Positions 63,622-64,000 of a DNA stretch of 64,000 bases are shown piece by piece (the stretch's first letter is position 1; each line of letters begins with the position of its first letter). The translations under genes were made by a program, and so were the position numbers. The notes below the pieces were generated by a model. It searched no databases. It saw only the letters and a list, made by a program, of their open reading frames with translations, and had not been told where the DNA came from. This DNA comes from a virus, in IMG/VR virus record IMGVR_UViG_2974715105_000001, positions 720-64,719 of that record. One strand, 5' to 3'.

Positions 63622-63999
63622 TCAGCAGTCCTCGAAAGGTTTACGGTTCGCAATTTCCGCGATCCTTTGCATGCCGATGCGATAGAATTCGGCATCTTCG
63701 CGCGCCCGCGACAATGCTTCGCGCGCTTCGCAAGCCAACTTGTACTGGTTGTTGGCATTGGCGATGCTTCCGTCCAGGCTTCTGTCAGACTCTTCCCGGA
63801 GCGCCTTTTGGGACTCCAGCTCGGCCTCCAGCTCGCGGATTCGAAGGGCGAGCTGGCTATTCGTTTCGGCAGCTTTGTTTTCCAGATCGATGGCCGATTT
63901 CGCTGCTGTTTCGAGCCTGTCTTTGTCGGCCATGAGGGTTTCCAGGCTCTTGTCGAGTGCTTCCAGAAGAGTCTTCTTGGACTCCAGCTCCAGCGAAAA
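63622..63999 (-). CDS. Coiled-coil protein, 5'-truncated by window edge
   Basis: Frame stays open past ATG 63933 to the window end; internal repeat ELESKKTLLEALDKSL / ELESQKALREESDRSL. Confidence 0.7.
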   Translation of the reverse strand, partial: FSLELESKKTLLEALDKSLETLMADKDRLETAAKSAIDLENKAAETNSQLALRIRELEAELESQKALREESDRSLDGSIANANNQYKLACEAREALSRAREDAEFYRIGMQRIAEIANRKPFEDC

Positions 64000-64000
64000 T

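Noticed and set aside
58645-64000. Assigning named anti-defence or host-takeover genes (Acr, Acb2, Tad) to the early ORFs
   Set aside because: I recognise no sequence match. Naming them would need a database search.

Overview
This window is almost the whole genome of a lytic Pseudomonas myovirus of the PB1-like type (Pbunavirus). The assignment comes from gene content and order, not from a database search. It opens inside the large terminase gene. A leftward block of small accessory genes follows (1.1-7.4 kb), then the rightward virion operon from portal to GH19 endolysin (7.6-34.2 kb). A leftward replication and nucleotide-metabolism block (34.2-51.4 kb) holds ligase, MazG-like protein, holin-like protein, SSB-like protein, SNF2 helicase, DnaE, DnaQ, a HAD fusion, a divergent ThyX, an FAD oxidoreductase and a RecD-like helicase. 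A rightward block (51.5-58.5 kb) holds a RepB-type primase, a VirE-type helicase and the distant small terminase, and a leftward early region runs to the window end. I saw no integrase, tRNA, rRNA or CRISPR array. The most striking observations are: (1) two homologous ~300-bp non-coding elements 46 kb apart, each with ~50-bp-spaced GCCGCRA motifs converging on an AT-rich core and a long inverted repeat with a compensatory change (candidate bipartite origin or structured element); (2) a family of sigma70-like promoters whose -10 box sits inside a sequence-variable hairpin; (3) a nucleotide-enzyme cluster with a ThyX whose signature residues are altered; (4) a portal fused to a pyrophosphatase-like domain; (5) two simple-sequence-repeat frame switches (a G9 tract before the baseplate gene and a (GC)3 frameshift in a charged-helix/wHTH gene).
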